A stretch of 64,000 nt of DNA from Octopus sinensis (taxonomy: Eukaryota), in contig NC_043022.1 of NCBI RefSeq assembly GCF_006345805.1, positions 3,844,001 to 3,908,000 on the forward strand. The letters are read 5' to 3'. The notes under the pieces were generated by a model. That model was not told the origin of the DNA, did not search any database, and saw only the letters and a program-made list of their open reading frames with translations. Numbering within the stretch: the first letter of the stretch is position 1; each line of letters begins with the position of its first letter. A program made the position numbers and the translations under genes. Shown piece by piece: positions 25,935 to 37,507 of this stretch.

Positions 25935-26392
25935 ACATGGACAGACACGGACAAGGCTGGACACAGACAAGGCCAGACACAGCCATGGCTGGACACGGAC
26001 ACAGCTGGACACAGACATGGCTAGACATGGACAAGGCCAGATACAGACATGCCCAGACCCAGAAGGACACAGACAAGGTCGGACACGGACACAGCTGGAC
26101 ATGGACACAGACACAGTTGGACACAGACAAAGTTGGACATGGACACAGCTGGACATGGACACGGCTGGACAGAGACATGGCCAGATACAGACATGTCCAG
26201 AACCAGAAGGACACAGACACAGCTGGACACAGACACAGCCTGACACAGACACAGCTGGACACAGACACAGCCTGACACAGACACAGCCTGACACAGACAC
26301 AGCTGGACACAGACACAGCTTGACACAGACACAGCTGGACACAGACACAGCCTAACACAGACACAGCTGGACATGGACAGACACCCACACAC
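25935..26392 (+). repeat. Hexamer-based minisatellite (GACACA/GACATG/GCTGGA)
   Basis: 18-nt gacacagacacagc(c/t)tg units and a duplicated ggccagatacagacatg.ccaga.ccagaaggacacagac block about 144 bp apart. Confidence 0.9.
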
Positions 26393-26599
26393 ACACTTCC
26401 ACATCTTTCACATAAATTTTTTCCAGGCTAGAATGTTTGTTTATCATTACGTCCAGCTTAACATGGCAATTGCCTTATTTACCTCAAGAAGATCTCTTGT
26501 ATGTCCAAACACAACCTCCATGTTAAGCTGGAAATAAAAATTACCTTTTAATATAAAAGCTGCTTCTGTTGCTGTTAATTCTTTGGGTGTTTTGATGTT

Positions 26600-27730
26600 G
26601 TAGGAATCAGACCATTATCATCTCTTTAGCATTTACACTTTTTTCCCTTTTTTGTCAAATGGGAAAGCCTATTTATTCACATTGTGAGGAAATAAGGATT
26701 ACATTTGACAGAAGAATCTGAATGCTAGAGGGTTAACTCTTTAGTATTTAATCTGGCTAAATCTGATCCGAATATTCTACATGCTTTATGTTCAAATCAG
26801 ACAGATCCGGAAACTGAAAAGAAGCCCGTCGTATATATGTACATATATATGCGTGTGTGTGTTTGTGTGTCTGTGTTTGTCCCCCTAGCATTGCTTGACA
26901 ACCGATGCTGGTGTGTTTATGTCCCCGTTACTTAGCGGTTCAGCAAAAGAGACTGATAGAATAAGTACTGGGCTTACAAAAGAATAAGTCCCGGGATCGA
27001 GTTGCTCGATTAAAGGCGGTGCTCCAGCATGGCCGCAGTCAAATGACTGAAACAAGTAAAAGAGTAAAAGAGAGAGAAAAGAGTATCCAACCTCTCATAC
27101 CTTTCCTACAATCTTATTCTAAAAATAAACAATCCCATCATCAAAATCTTAAATCTACAAGATAATCCATGATTAATTAAAAACTGGAAATAAATAAGGA
27201 TTACATTTGACAGAATAAACTGAATACTAAAGGGTTGAATCAACTATTTTGAACCCATATATTCTTTCTGTTTCATGTTCAAACTGGCCAGATCCAGCCT
27301 CTCACACCTACCCTGCAATGCCATTCTAAGAATAAACAATCGCATCATCAAAATTTCAGAAGCTATGAGATTCTTCTGTGAAATGTAATCCTTATTTATC
27401 CCCATTGTTTGCAATTAATCATGGATTATCTCAAAGATTTTGAGATTTTGATGAGGCAACTGTTAATTTTTAGAATGACATTGTAGAGCAGGTGTGAGAG
27501 GCCAGATCTAGTCAGTTTGAACATAAAATGACCAGATATATCCAATTCAACCCATTAGCATTTAAACTGGCCAGATCCAGCCTCTCACACTTACCTGACA
27601 ATGTCATTCTAAAAATAAACAATTGCATCATCGTAAACCTGAAGCTACAAGATGATACATGACTAATTCAAAACTATTTGGATAAAAATGCTTTACATTT
27701 GACAGAGTAATCTGAATGCCGAAGGGTTGT
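26600..27730. repeat. Cluster of the same MITE family (mixed orientation) with SINE insertion
   Basis: Repeated catttgacagaa..ctgaatgctaaagggtt and ctggccagatccagcctctcacacc segments. Confidence 0.65.
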
Positions 27731-28424
27731 AGAATGTCTCTGACATCTGTTTCATTTTTTAATCTCATTCCCATTCAGTTCCTGCCAGTACAATGCTGAC
27801 CATCACTAGTCAACCAATTCTACCGACTCTCTTTCTATTTACTAAAGAAAGCTGAAAAATGAAAAAAAACTGTGAAGAATATTCTTTTCTACTCTAGGCA
27901 CAAGGCCTGAAATTTGGGGGGAGAGGCCACTTGATTACACTGACCCCAGTACGCAACTGGTACTTAATTTATCGACCCGGAAGGATGAAAGGCAAAGTCG
28001 ATCTCAGCAGAATTTAAAATCAGAATGTAAAGACAGACGAAATACCGCTAAGCATTTCATTCGGTATGCTAACGTTTCTGCCAGCTCGCTGCCTTAGGCT
28101 GTGAAGAATATTGGCAAAGAAGAAGAGATTTGGTAAAGCGGTGAGTTGTAACAATGGAAACATCCAGAAGACAAGACAAAGCCGGTTAATATGATTCTAT
28201 GTTTATAAGCCTTAAAAATTCACTCTGACACTGCCTATGAGTAAAGCGTAGGGGATAAAGGTGGTGGTTAATGCAGTGTAGTTACTTTGATGTTCTGAGT
28301 TAATTCCAGGTAAGGAGCTAAGGTGAATCACAAAGACAAGTGAAGAAGGCTGGAGCATACAACAGCTGAAATGTAGTGAAAGCAACAATCAAGATGAGGA
28401 CACCAAACGGAACTAATAAGGATC

Positions 28425-28750
28425 CCCTTCGGTCATGAATGACCATGGGATTGCACCTAGAAAGTCTTCCGCCAAGGCACAGGTTCAAGCAAGGTTGTTT
28501 ATGGAAGACCAACAGTCGCCCATGCATACCAGCCTCCCTTCTCCACACCACCGATATTATCCATGGGAAAGGCAAAGGGGCCGATACAGCTTGGCACCAG
28601 TGATGTTGCAACTCACTTCTACGTCTGAGTGAACTGGAGCAACGTGGAATAAAGTGTCTTGCTCAAGAACACAACACACAGCCTGGTCCAGGAATTGAAC
28701 TCACTATCTTGTGATTGTGAGCCCAATGCTCTAACCACTGGGCCATGCAG
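28425..28750 (-). mobile_element. tRNA-derived SINE (family C)
   Basis: tRNA head (tggcccagtggttagagc..gagttcaattcc); copies at 1911-2210 (+) and about 38420-38740 (-). Confidence 0.8.
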
Positions 28751-28787
28751 CTTCACTATTATCTGAACTAATACATAATATACATAC

Positions 28788-28865
28788 CTGGTTGTATTCA
28801 AATATTCGACCAATTTGATTTCGAACAAGTGACACGAGTTCTTGGTCCAGCTGCCGAGCATCGAG
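28788..28865 (-). CDS. PEX2: PEX2 coding exon 2 (LDARQLDQELVSLVRNQIGRIFEYNQ)
   Basis: ttttcag| acceptor, CAG|gtatgt donor, 78 nt; N-terminal Pex2/Pex12 domain motif LDAxxLDxEL. Confidence 0.93.
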
Positions 28866-29546
28866 CTGAAAATCAAATTTAAAGAATGTAAAACATTGAT
28901 TGATAATTAGAGATTGATAAAATGAACGTGGTGGGGGTGGGGAGGGGACGGACACAGCAAGGGTGATGGGAGGAGGAGAAATAAGTAGGATGGTGACAGA
29001 GGTGTACGTGGAGGTAGTGAAGCAAGTCCCCACAGCTGGTTCTAATGAGTAGGGGGGGGGCGGAAAGAGAGGAGATGGCGGCTGGTACTTATTCTATCAG
29101 TCTCTTTTACCAAACTGCTAAGTTGCAGGGATGTAAAAAAACCAAGTCCTTCACTATGATCTAGTTAAGGGTACATACGCTTGTGGAGTACTCAGCCACT
29201 TGCAAGTTAATTTCACAAGAAAGCTGTTCCGCTGATCAGATCAACTGGAACGGTTGTCATAGTAACCATCTGGGAGCCAATAAGTACAGCATCTTGAGGT
29301 ATTTGTCATGATTCTCAACATCAGTCGTGGACAAACTGCAACCAGCAAAGCCTTCAATGGCACACTAACGAGGAAATTACCTGGAATTTCTTTTAGTAGT
29401 GCAGCCGACCATACCTGATGTTGTCTGCTTCTTGGAAAAGTTTGTCCATGCCTGAGCTCAAATCTCACCAAAGTCAACTTCGATTTCCATCTTTTTGGAA
29501 CCAATAAAAACCAGGCATGGTCAAATCCAACCAAAATATTCTGTTT

Positions 29547-29950
29547 TCTCTCTTTACTCTTTTACTTGTTTCAGTCATTTGACTGCGGCCATGCCGGAGC
29601 ACCGCTTTTAGTCGAGCAAATCGACCCCGGGACTTATTCTTTGTAAGCCCAGTACTTATTCTATCGGTCTCTTTCGCCGAACCGCTAAGTGACGGGGACG
29701 TAAACACACCAGCATCGGTTGTCAAGCAATGCTAGGGGGCAAACACAGACACACATACACACACACACATATATATATACATATATACGACAGGCTTCTT
29801 TCAGTTTCCGTCTACCAAATCCACTCACAAGGCATTGGTCGGCCCGGCGCTATAGCAGAAGAAACTTGCCCAAGATGCCACGCAGTGGGACTGAACCCGG
29901 AACCATGTGGTTGGTTAGCAAGCTACTTACCACACAGCCACTCCTGCGCC
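29547..29950 (-). mobile_element. SINE family A, full length
   Basis: Near-consensus reverse copy. Confidence 0.92.
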
Positions 29951-30306
29951 TTTTATGTTCAAAACAATCTGATCAGGCCCCTCACACCCTCCTTGCAATG
30001 TCATTCGAAAAATATAGAATCACATCAACAAAATCTCTAAGGTACAGGATAATGTCTGATTAATTTAAAACAATGTCAGTAAATAAGAATTATAATACAA
30101 TTTAATCTGAATACTGAAGGATTACAGAGGAGTAAATGGTGTGAACAAGGTTGCTTGCTGTTGTTTAAGCCCAGGTCAGACCTAGTGTCAAAGACATTCC
30201 AAGACCATCTCTTCCCAATTTTATGCAATGCACTTTCTCTGAGGAATTCTGTCCACTATACTACTAACAACTCCTCCAGTCCACCACATTACAACAACAA
30301 CAACAA

Positions 30307-30341
<35 letters not shown>

Positions 30342-31035
30342 TGATGAAAACTCACAGCTCATTTTGCTGGATATGATGGAAAGTGTCAGGTGTCCACAGC
30401 CAGCAGACTAAGGAGACACTTGTTTACTGGTCTTGCTTCAAGAACCCTGCGAAGAATTCTTGCAGTTCCAAGCAATGCTGATTTTTGTAGGTGTTCTACC
30501 TTCACACATGCACCAATCTTTTTCAGTCATGTTGGTAGTTGAGTGCTGATACTTCCAAGTGAACCAATTACTATTGCTATCACGTCTACTCTCTTCATTG
30601 ACCACAACCTTCGTATTTCCCATTTCAAATCGTCACAGTTGCTTATTTTTTATTCTTTCACATTGATCCTGTTGTTACCAGGACATGCTATGTCGATTAT
30701 CATACCGTGGCCGATGCCAGCCTCACCTGGCACCAGTGCAGGTGGCACATAAAAAGCACCCACTACACTCATGGAGTGGTTGGCGTTAGGAAGGGCATCC
30801 AGCTGTAGAAACGTTGCCAGATAAGACTGGAGCTTGGTGCAGCCTTCTGGCTTCCCAGATCCCTGGTCGAACCGTCCAACCCATGCTAGCATGGAGAACG
30901 GACGTTAAACGATGATGATGATGATTATTATTATTCTTCAGCAGTTTTATTTTTATAGCGTACTTTCACTTCACTACCGAGCGCAGCTCTGTGTGCCTTG
31001 GCTATGTGCTGTGATTTGCTGTGATGCTCTGATGG

Positions 31036-31288
31036 TTATTGTATGGAAAGTGTTCTGCGTAGGATGCGTGCAGTGCCTAGTAGTGCAATTTTCTGTATGT
31101 TATATGTGTTTGTAAGTCCTGGTGTTTTTGTTATGTATTTGTCTGAATATTTTTTTATCTTGCCTAATGCACCTATTATGATAGGAATTGTTTCTGTTTT
31201 TAGATTCCACATTCTGGTTACCTCTATTTCCAGGTCTTTGTATTTTGAAAGTTTCTCCATTTCTTTTAGAGACACATTGTCATCTGCT

Positions 31289-31319
<31 letters not shown>

Positions 31320-31440
31320 CATCATTATTGTTGTTGTTATTTTTGTGTATTGACGATAAATCATTAAAAGTTGATGGAATTCTATTTTTTCTAAAAGTCA
31401 AACCATTTAACAGAGAAAAACGATGTCTGACCCAGTCGTA
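31036..31440 (-). mobile_element. R4/Dong-like non-LTR retrotransposon 3' end (restriction-like endonuclease domain)
   Basis: KYKDLEIEVTRMW...IPIIIGALG...IQKIALLGTARILRR; interrupted by an (AAT/AAC)n tract. Confidence 0.8.
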
Positions 31441-32199
31441 AAAAGGCATGTGGCCTGTTTGTTGGTGCAGCTGATCAATAACTGAACACTACAACTGCAT
31501 TAATAAAAATTGATTTCTTTCGTTGATTCGGTACAAAATACTAAAAGACTGGCTGAGTGCACCAGTCAGTTGAATTAAGAACCAAGTGCGGATGAATATA
31601 AAACTAAAACAAGACGAGAACTGAACTCAGGGTGTAGAAATTGATGAGACCAAACACTGATCTGAATAATTAAATTCATTTCTAATGATGAAAAGAAAAT
31701 ATGCTTCAATATTAGTTTGGTCTCTCAAGTTTTGAGTTCAAACCCAAATGGAGTAAAAAGATATATCATTGTATCTGGGGAGAGTCATTCTCTTTTAGTG
31801 CCTTATTATTTAACACACTCACTGATTTGATTTCCACTCATTTACTTATTTATTTTTACTAAAATTTCCACTTATTCTTTGTAAGTGTTGTGTGGAAGTC
31901 GAACACCCCTATTGTTTGGCTTCTAATGGACTGTGCCACAATATAAATGGACGTACGCAGAGAGCTTTCAGAACAGTGTAAAAGCCGAGAGTTGCGTACT
32001 GTCGAGGATAATTACTGGTATCTTGAGTAGAAAGATTTGCAAAGAGATTATTATTATTATTATCCCGTTATATCGTTCGTCGAATATGCGATACAACAGT
32101 AAGCCTAGTATTTATTCTATTAATCTCTTTTGCTGAACCACAAAGTTACAGGGACGTAAACACAGCAACCTCAGTTGTTAAGAAATGGTGGGGGAACAA

Positions 32200-32231
<32 letters not shown>

Positions 32232-32282
32232 TTTTTTATCGAGTTTCAGCTCACGAGCTGTGGCCATGCTGGGGCACCGCCA

Positions 32283-32317
<35 letters not shown>

Positions 32318-33279
32318 GACAGGCTTCTTTCTGTTTCTGTCTACCAAATCCACTCACAAGGCTTTGGTCAGCCCATGGCTAAAGCAGAAGGCACTTGACC
32401 AAGGTGCCACACAGTGGGACTGAACCCAGAACCATGTGGTTGGGAAGCAAGCTACTTACCACACACCCACTCCTGTGCCTGTGTGTTTGTGTGTGTGTGT
32501 ATATATATGAAGGGCTTCTTTCAGTGTCCGTCTATCAAATCTACTCACAAGGCTATGGTCGGCCCAAGGTTATAGTAGAAGACACTTGCTGAAGGTGCCA
32601 CACAGTGGGACTGAACCTGGAACCAAGTGGTTGGGAAGCAAACTTCTTACCACAAAGCCATGCCTGGAAACAAAGTTTTCCTTTTGCCTATTTCTTCTGT
32701 TACAATCTGCTACACTCTCAATAAATTGCTGTGGCAACCCCTGTTGGGAGTAAATAGGCTGTGACATCTGGAAGAGTCCATTTTGCGCAAGAAGTTCATA
32801 GCTTGTTAGGAGCATATGAGAGTGGTGGTGACGGTGGAGGGGTGGGGTGGGGGGACATTCTATATATTTTTATTCCTGATGTGTTGTATGTAAATCACAC
32901 GTTTACACAAAAGTCATAAAAATAGGAACTGAAAAAAACTCACGGCATTAACAGGCAAGCTGTGGCTGGTTGCAGAAGTGGGAAGGATGGGGGGGGGAGG
33001 AAGGAGATGAGGGACACTCAGGGACGCCTACTGCCTCAAAACCAAACAGTAAAGTGTGTGGGAGGTGTAACATACTTAAAAGAAATTTCAATAAATTAAA
33101 ATGACACCGTGTAATGAAGAGAAAATATTGATTTCCAGCTTTGGCACAAGGCCAGCTGGGTTTTTTTCTTGGGGGGGGGGATAAGTCGATTACATCCCCC
33201 ACCCCGTATCAACAGGTACATATTTTATTGACCCTGAAAGGATGAAAGGCAAAGTTGACCTGAACAGAATTTGAACTCA

Positions 33280-33315
<36 letters not shown>

Positions 33316-33319
<4 letters not shown>

Positions 33320-33873
33320 GCCCTGATGCAGTACCAGGCAGTGGCTCTCATGGCTTCTGATCTTAACTGATAGGAAGTGTTATCATGTACATTGTTTTGT
33401 CTTGGTATAAAAGATGGGCTACAGCAAATATTCTACTCAATACCACAGATTTGCTTGTCAGTTGTTTGACCTTAACCAGTTGAGCATGTCCCTTAGTGGC
33501 TGACAATATGTGCATCTCTGATCACGAGCAGAAGTAGTGGGGGAGCATTATAGCCATGTGTTGAGAGGGATTCTTTGAGGTTTGAATAATTCACCTCTGG
33601 AAACATGGGTGGTTCTTTCAACATCCTTAAACAACCCTTATTCAGGGACCTTTTGAGCGGGATGGGCTACTGAACCTGAAGAAAATTCTAACTGGGCCCC
33701 ACCTGCAAGGTCATGCGCTGTTTATCGTGATATGAGATCACCATATCGCGCACATATGGTTGTGATACATGTGCCTGGTGTACCCTTATCAGACGGGTAG
33801 TCATGATGGGTATATTGGGCTTCGTATATTTTACCCCAGTGTCACTTTGATGGCATGAACTGCTCTCTCACTC
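33316..33873 (-). mobile_element. Non-autonomous interspersed repeat embedded in (TAA)n
   Basis: Flanked on both sides by AAT repeats; its end gagtgagagagcag..catgccatc.aagtgacactgggg recurs in opposite orientation at about 39321-39400. Confidence 0.65.
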
Positions 33874-33889
33874 AATAATAATAATAATA

Positions 33890-34375
33890 ATAACAGTAGT
33901 GACATAATCAAAAGTGCTACGTTGGAAACTGTGCAAAAAGTGGGGGCTAGAGAGAGGCAAGATGTGGTATGAGCACAAACTGCAGAGTGGCAGAGTGAGG
34001 GGCTAGCAAAATCCTCTGGGTTTCCCCAATTCAAACAGATTAGGTTCTAGAACATAACAGACCGGACCTAGGGGTGGTCGACAAGGTGCACCCCATGTGC
34101 TATATAGTTGATGTTGCGTGCCCCTTTGACCCACATATAGTCAAGAAGGAAGTTGAAAAGATAGATAAATACAATCCTCTTAAGTATGAAATAGCCCGGC
34201 TATGGGAAATGAAGACGGTGAAGATAGTGCCAATTATTGTTGGGTCTTTGGGGGACAGTATCAGAAGGCATCAAGGGGAATATCAAGGAATTTGGAATAG
34301 AGTGCCCAGAAGAACTGTCGCAAAAGGTTTGTCTCCTCGGCATGTCCAGAATAATCAGGAAAGTATTAGATAGCT
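33890..34375 (+). mobile_element. Degraded RLE-type (R4/NeSL-like) non-LTR fragment
   Basis: RPDLGVVDK..CYIVDVACPFD...EKIDKYNPLKYEIARLW...VPIIVGSLG, then frameshifted QKVCLLG.SRIIRKVL; PD-(D/E)xK motif. Confidence 0.8.
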
Positions 34376-35028
34376 GAAAAGAACAAACAGCATGGTACCA
34401 TAGGCTGTAGATAGTAAACCCCCGACACATGCAAGACTCCATGGTTTCAAATTTTGGTAGAAGGCCAGTAATTTCATGAGGAGTAAGTTGATTATACCAA
34501 CCCCAGTGCATAACTGGTACTTATTTAATCGACTCCAAAAGGATCATATAGAGAGTGCTGGAGAAGGTTCACATGCATAGGACCTGCCTAAGAGCAGACC
34601 AACACTAGACTATATACAGATATGTTTTATCTTTTACTTGTTTCAGTCATTAGACTGTGGCCATACTGGAGCACCACCTTGAAGAATTTTTAGTTAAATA
34701 AATTGATTTCAATATTCATTTTTTAAGCCTGGTGCTTATTCTGTCTCTGTTTTATCAAACTGCTAAGTTACAGAGGTATAATATATATATATATATATAA
34801 TCAACTGATAAGGGTGAGAAAGTTGTATACTTATTTAATAGTACATCCATTTAACACCGAGTGGCTTAGTGCATATAAAACCCGGATTTCGATACATTTT
34901 ATACATAAATATAAGAGAGCGACCACTATGTGGTCTACTCTAGCACTAAAAATAGATCCACTGGGCTTTAGCCACATAAAAAATGTTTCCGATGAATATT
35001 AGCACAACTACTGGCGCAGACAGGGCAA

Positions 35029-35059
<31 letters not shown>

Positions 35060-35388
35060 ATATATATGTATATATTATATTAAATTAGAGACAAACCAAA
35101 CAATGAAAAACTTAAGCCAATACATAAGATTATTTAATTTATATTATTTAAATATATAACAAAATTATTAAAAAAATATAATTAATATAATTTTTTTATA
35201 ATTTTGTTATATATTTAAATAATATAAATTAAATAATCTTATGTATTGGCTTAAGTTTTTCATTGTATGATTTGCCTAATAGTGGTTTTGTCTCTAATTT
35301 AATATAATATAATATTTTACTATAAAATTGGATTCAATCCTAAATCTGATTTTTCCCTGTAAGTTTGGATTTATTCCCTAATATTTAT

Positions 35389-35426
<38 letters not shown>

Positions 35427-35949
35427 ATTCATAGAACAGGCTTCTTTCAGTTTCTTCTTGTCAAATCCATTTATAAGGGCAGTGGTTAACCCAGAGCCAC
35501 AGATACTAACCTAAGGTACCATGCAATGAAACTGAACGCAAAATGACTTGTTTGGGAAGCGAACCTCCTTAACCAAACTAGTTCTTTTCTCATCATCCCA
35601 AGAAGATGTGATTACAATTCCTTAAGACATTTTAATTTAAATTCCTTCTTGCTCGCTACGTGAAACTAAGTCAGCTATGGCACTCACTGTTTGCATCAAG
35701 ACAGGCAACACTGTTGTCAATTGAGGTGACACACTTGTTTAAAAAAATAGCAATATGGAGGGAAGAAAGAGGCATAACAGATGCTACAGCAAATCCGTAG
35801 GCTTTCATGTTATTTTACCATTATAATTACATTCCTTTTCGACTGCTTAACCATCTGCCCTGAATCTATTTCTCGTTTTCTACACTATTTATAAAACACA
35901 CCAGCCTGTCGTTCACAAGTACATGTCACTTGGTAATATGAAGCCATAG

Positions 35950-37507
35950 TTATCCCTTTTGTTACCATATTTCTGTTGAAATGTTCTGTGTTCCTTTCAA
36001 TTCATTTTAAATATAACAAAGAATTTAGTACAATAACTTAGTTATCATTAAACTAATGATAGGAACATAAATTGTGACTAAGGTTTGGTGGAGGATTTTA
36101 ATTCAGAACTTTTGAAGACAAGACATTTGTACTACAGAACCAGAGATGGTTTCAGCTGGGTTGGTATCAAAAGGGTTTATTGGCAGATTTTGTTTCACAG
36201 TTGTTTGGCTTGTTAGAAATAGCAGCCAAATCTTGTACAAATTGAAGACACATTTCACTGACTGTCTTTAACCCTTTTGTTACCATATTTCTGTTGAAAT
36301 GTTCTGTATTCCTTTCAATTCATTTTAAATATAACAAAGAATTTAGTACAATAACTTAGTTATCATTAAACTAATGATAGGAACACAAATTGTGACTAAG
36401 GTTTGGTGGAGGATTTTAATTCAGAACTTTTGAAAACCAGACATTTGTACTACTGAGCCAGAGGCAGTTTCAGCTAGGTTGGCACCAAAAGGGGTTAATG
36501 ACAGAAGTCCAAATACTACAGAGCCAGAGGCAGTTTCCAAATGGTTAATGCCTTAACACTTTTCTTACCATATTTCTGTTGAAATGTTCTGTATTTCTTT
36601 CAATTCATTTTAAATATAACAAAGAATTTAGTACAATAACTTAGTTATCATTAAACTAATGATAGGAACATAAATCGTGACTAAGGTTTGGTGGAGGATT
36701 TTAATTCAGAACTTTTGAAAACCAGACATTTGTACTGCAGAGCCAGAGGCAGTTTCAGCTAGGTTGGCACCAAAAGGGGTTAATGACAGAAGTCCAAATA
36801 CTACAGAGCCAGAGGCAGTTTCCAAAAGGTTAATGCCTTAACCCTTTTCTTACTATATTTCTGTTGAAATGTTCTGTATTTCTTTCAATTCATTTTAAAT
36901 ATAACAAAGAATTTAGTACAATAACTTAGTTATCATTAAACTAATGATAGGAACACAAATTGTGACTAAGGTTTGGTGGAGGATTTTAATTCAGAACTTT
37001 GAAAACCAGACATTTGTACTACAGAGCCAGAGGCAGTTTCAGCTAGGTTGGCACCAAAAGGGGTTAATGACAGAAGTCCAAATACTACAGAGCCAGAGGC
37101 AGTTTCCAAAAGGTTAATGCCTTAACCCTTTTCTTACCATATTTCTGTTGAAATGTTCTGTATTTCTTTCAATTCATTTTAAATATAACAAAGAATTTAG
37201 TAAAATACCTTAGTTATCATTAAACTAATGATAGGAACATAAATCGTGACTAAGGTTTGGTGGAGGATTTTAATTCAGAACTTTTGAAAACCAGACATTT
37301 GTACTACAGAGCCAGAGGCAGTTTCAGCTAGGTTGGCACCAAAAGGGGTTAGTGACAGAAGTCCAAATACTACAGAGCCAGAGGCAGTTTCCAAAAGGTT
37401 AATGCCTTAACCCTTTTCTTACCATATTTCTGTTGAAATGTTCTGTATTTCTTTCAATTCATTTTAAATATAACAAAGAATTTAGTAAAATACCTTAGTT
37501 ATCATTA
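35950..37507 (+). repeat. Tandem array of about 285-bp MITE+spacer units (5 full copies + 1 partial)
   Basis: ccatatttctgttgaaatg anchor at about 35965, 36283, 36568, 36853, 37137 and 37422; each unit bounded by TTAACCCTTTT...AAAAGGG(G)TTAA. Confidence 0.92.

Noticed and set aside
26450-26625. About 50-codon minus-strand frame (KTPKELTATEAAFILK...) and nearby 25695-25913
   Set aside because: May be decayed transposase sequence, but no recognisable motif or credible exon structure; the apparent intron is only 17 nt.
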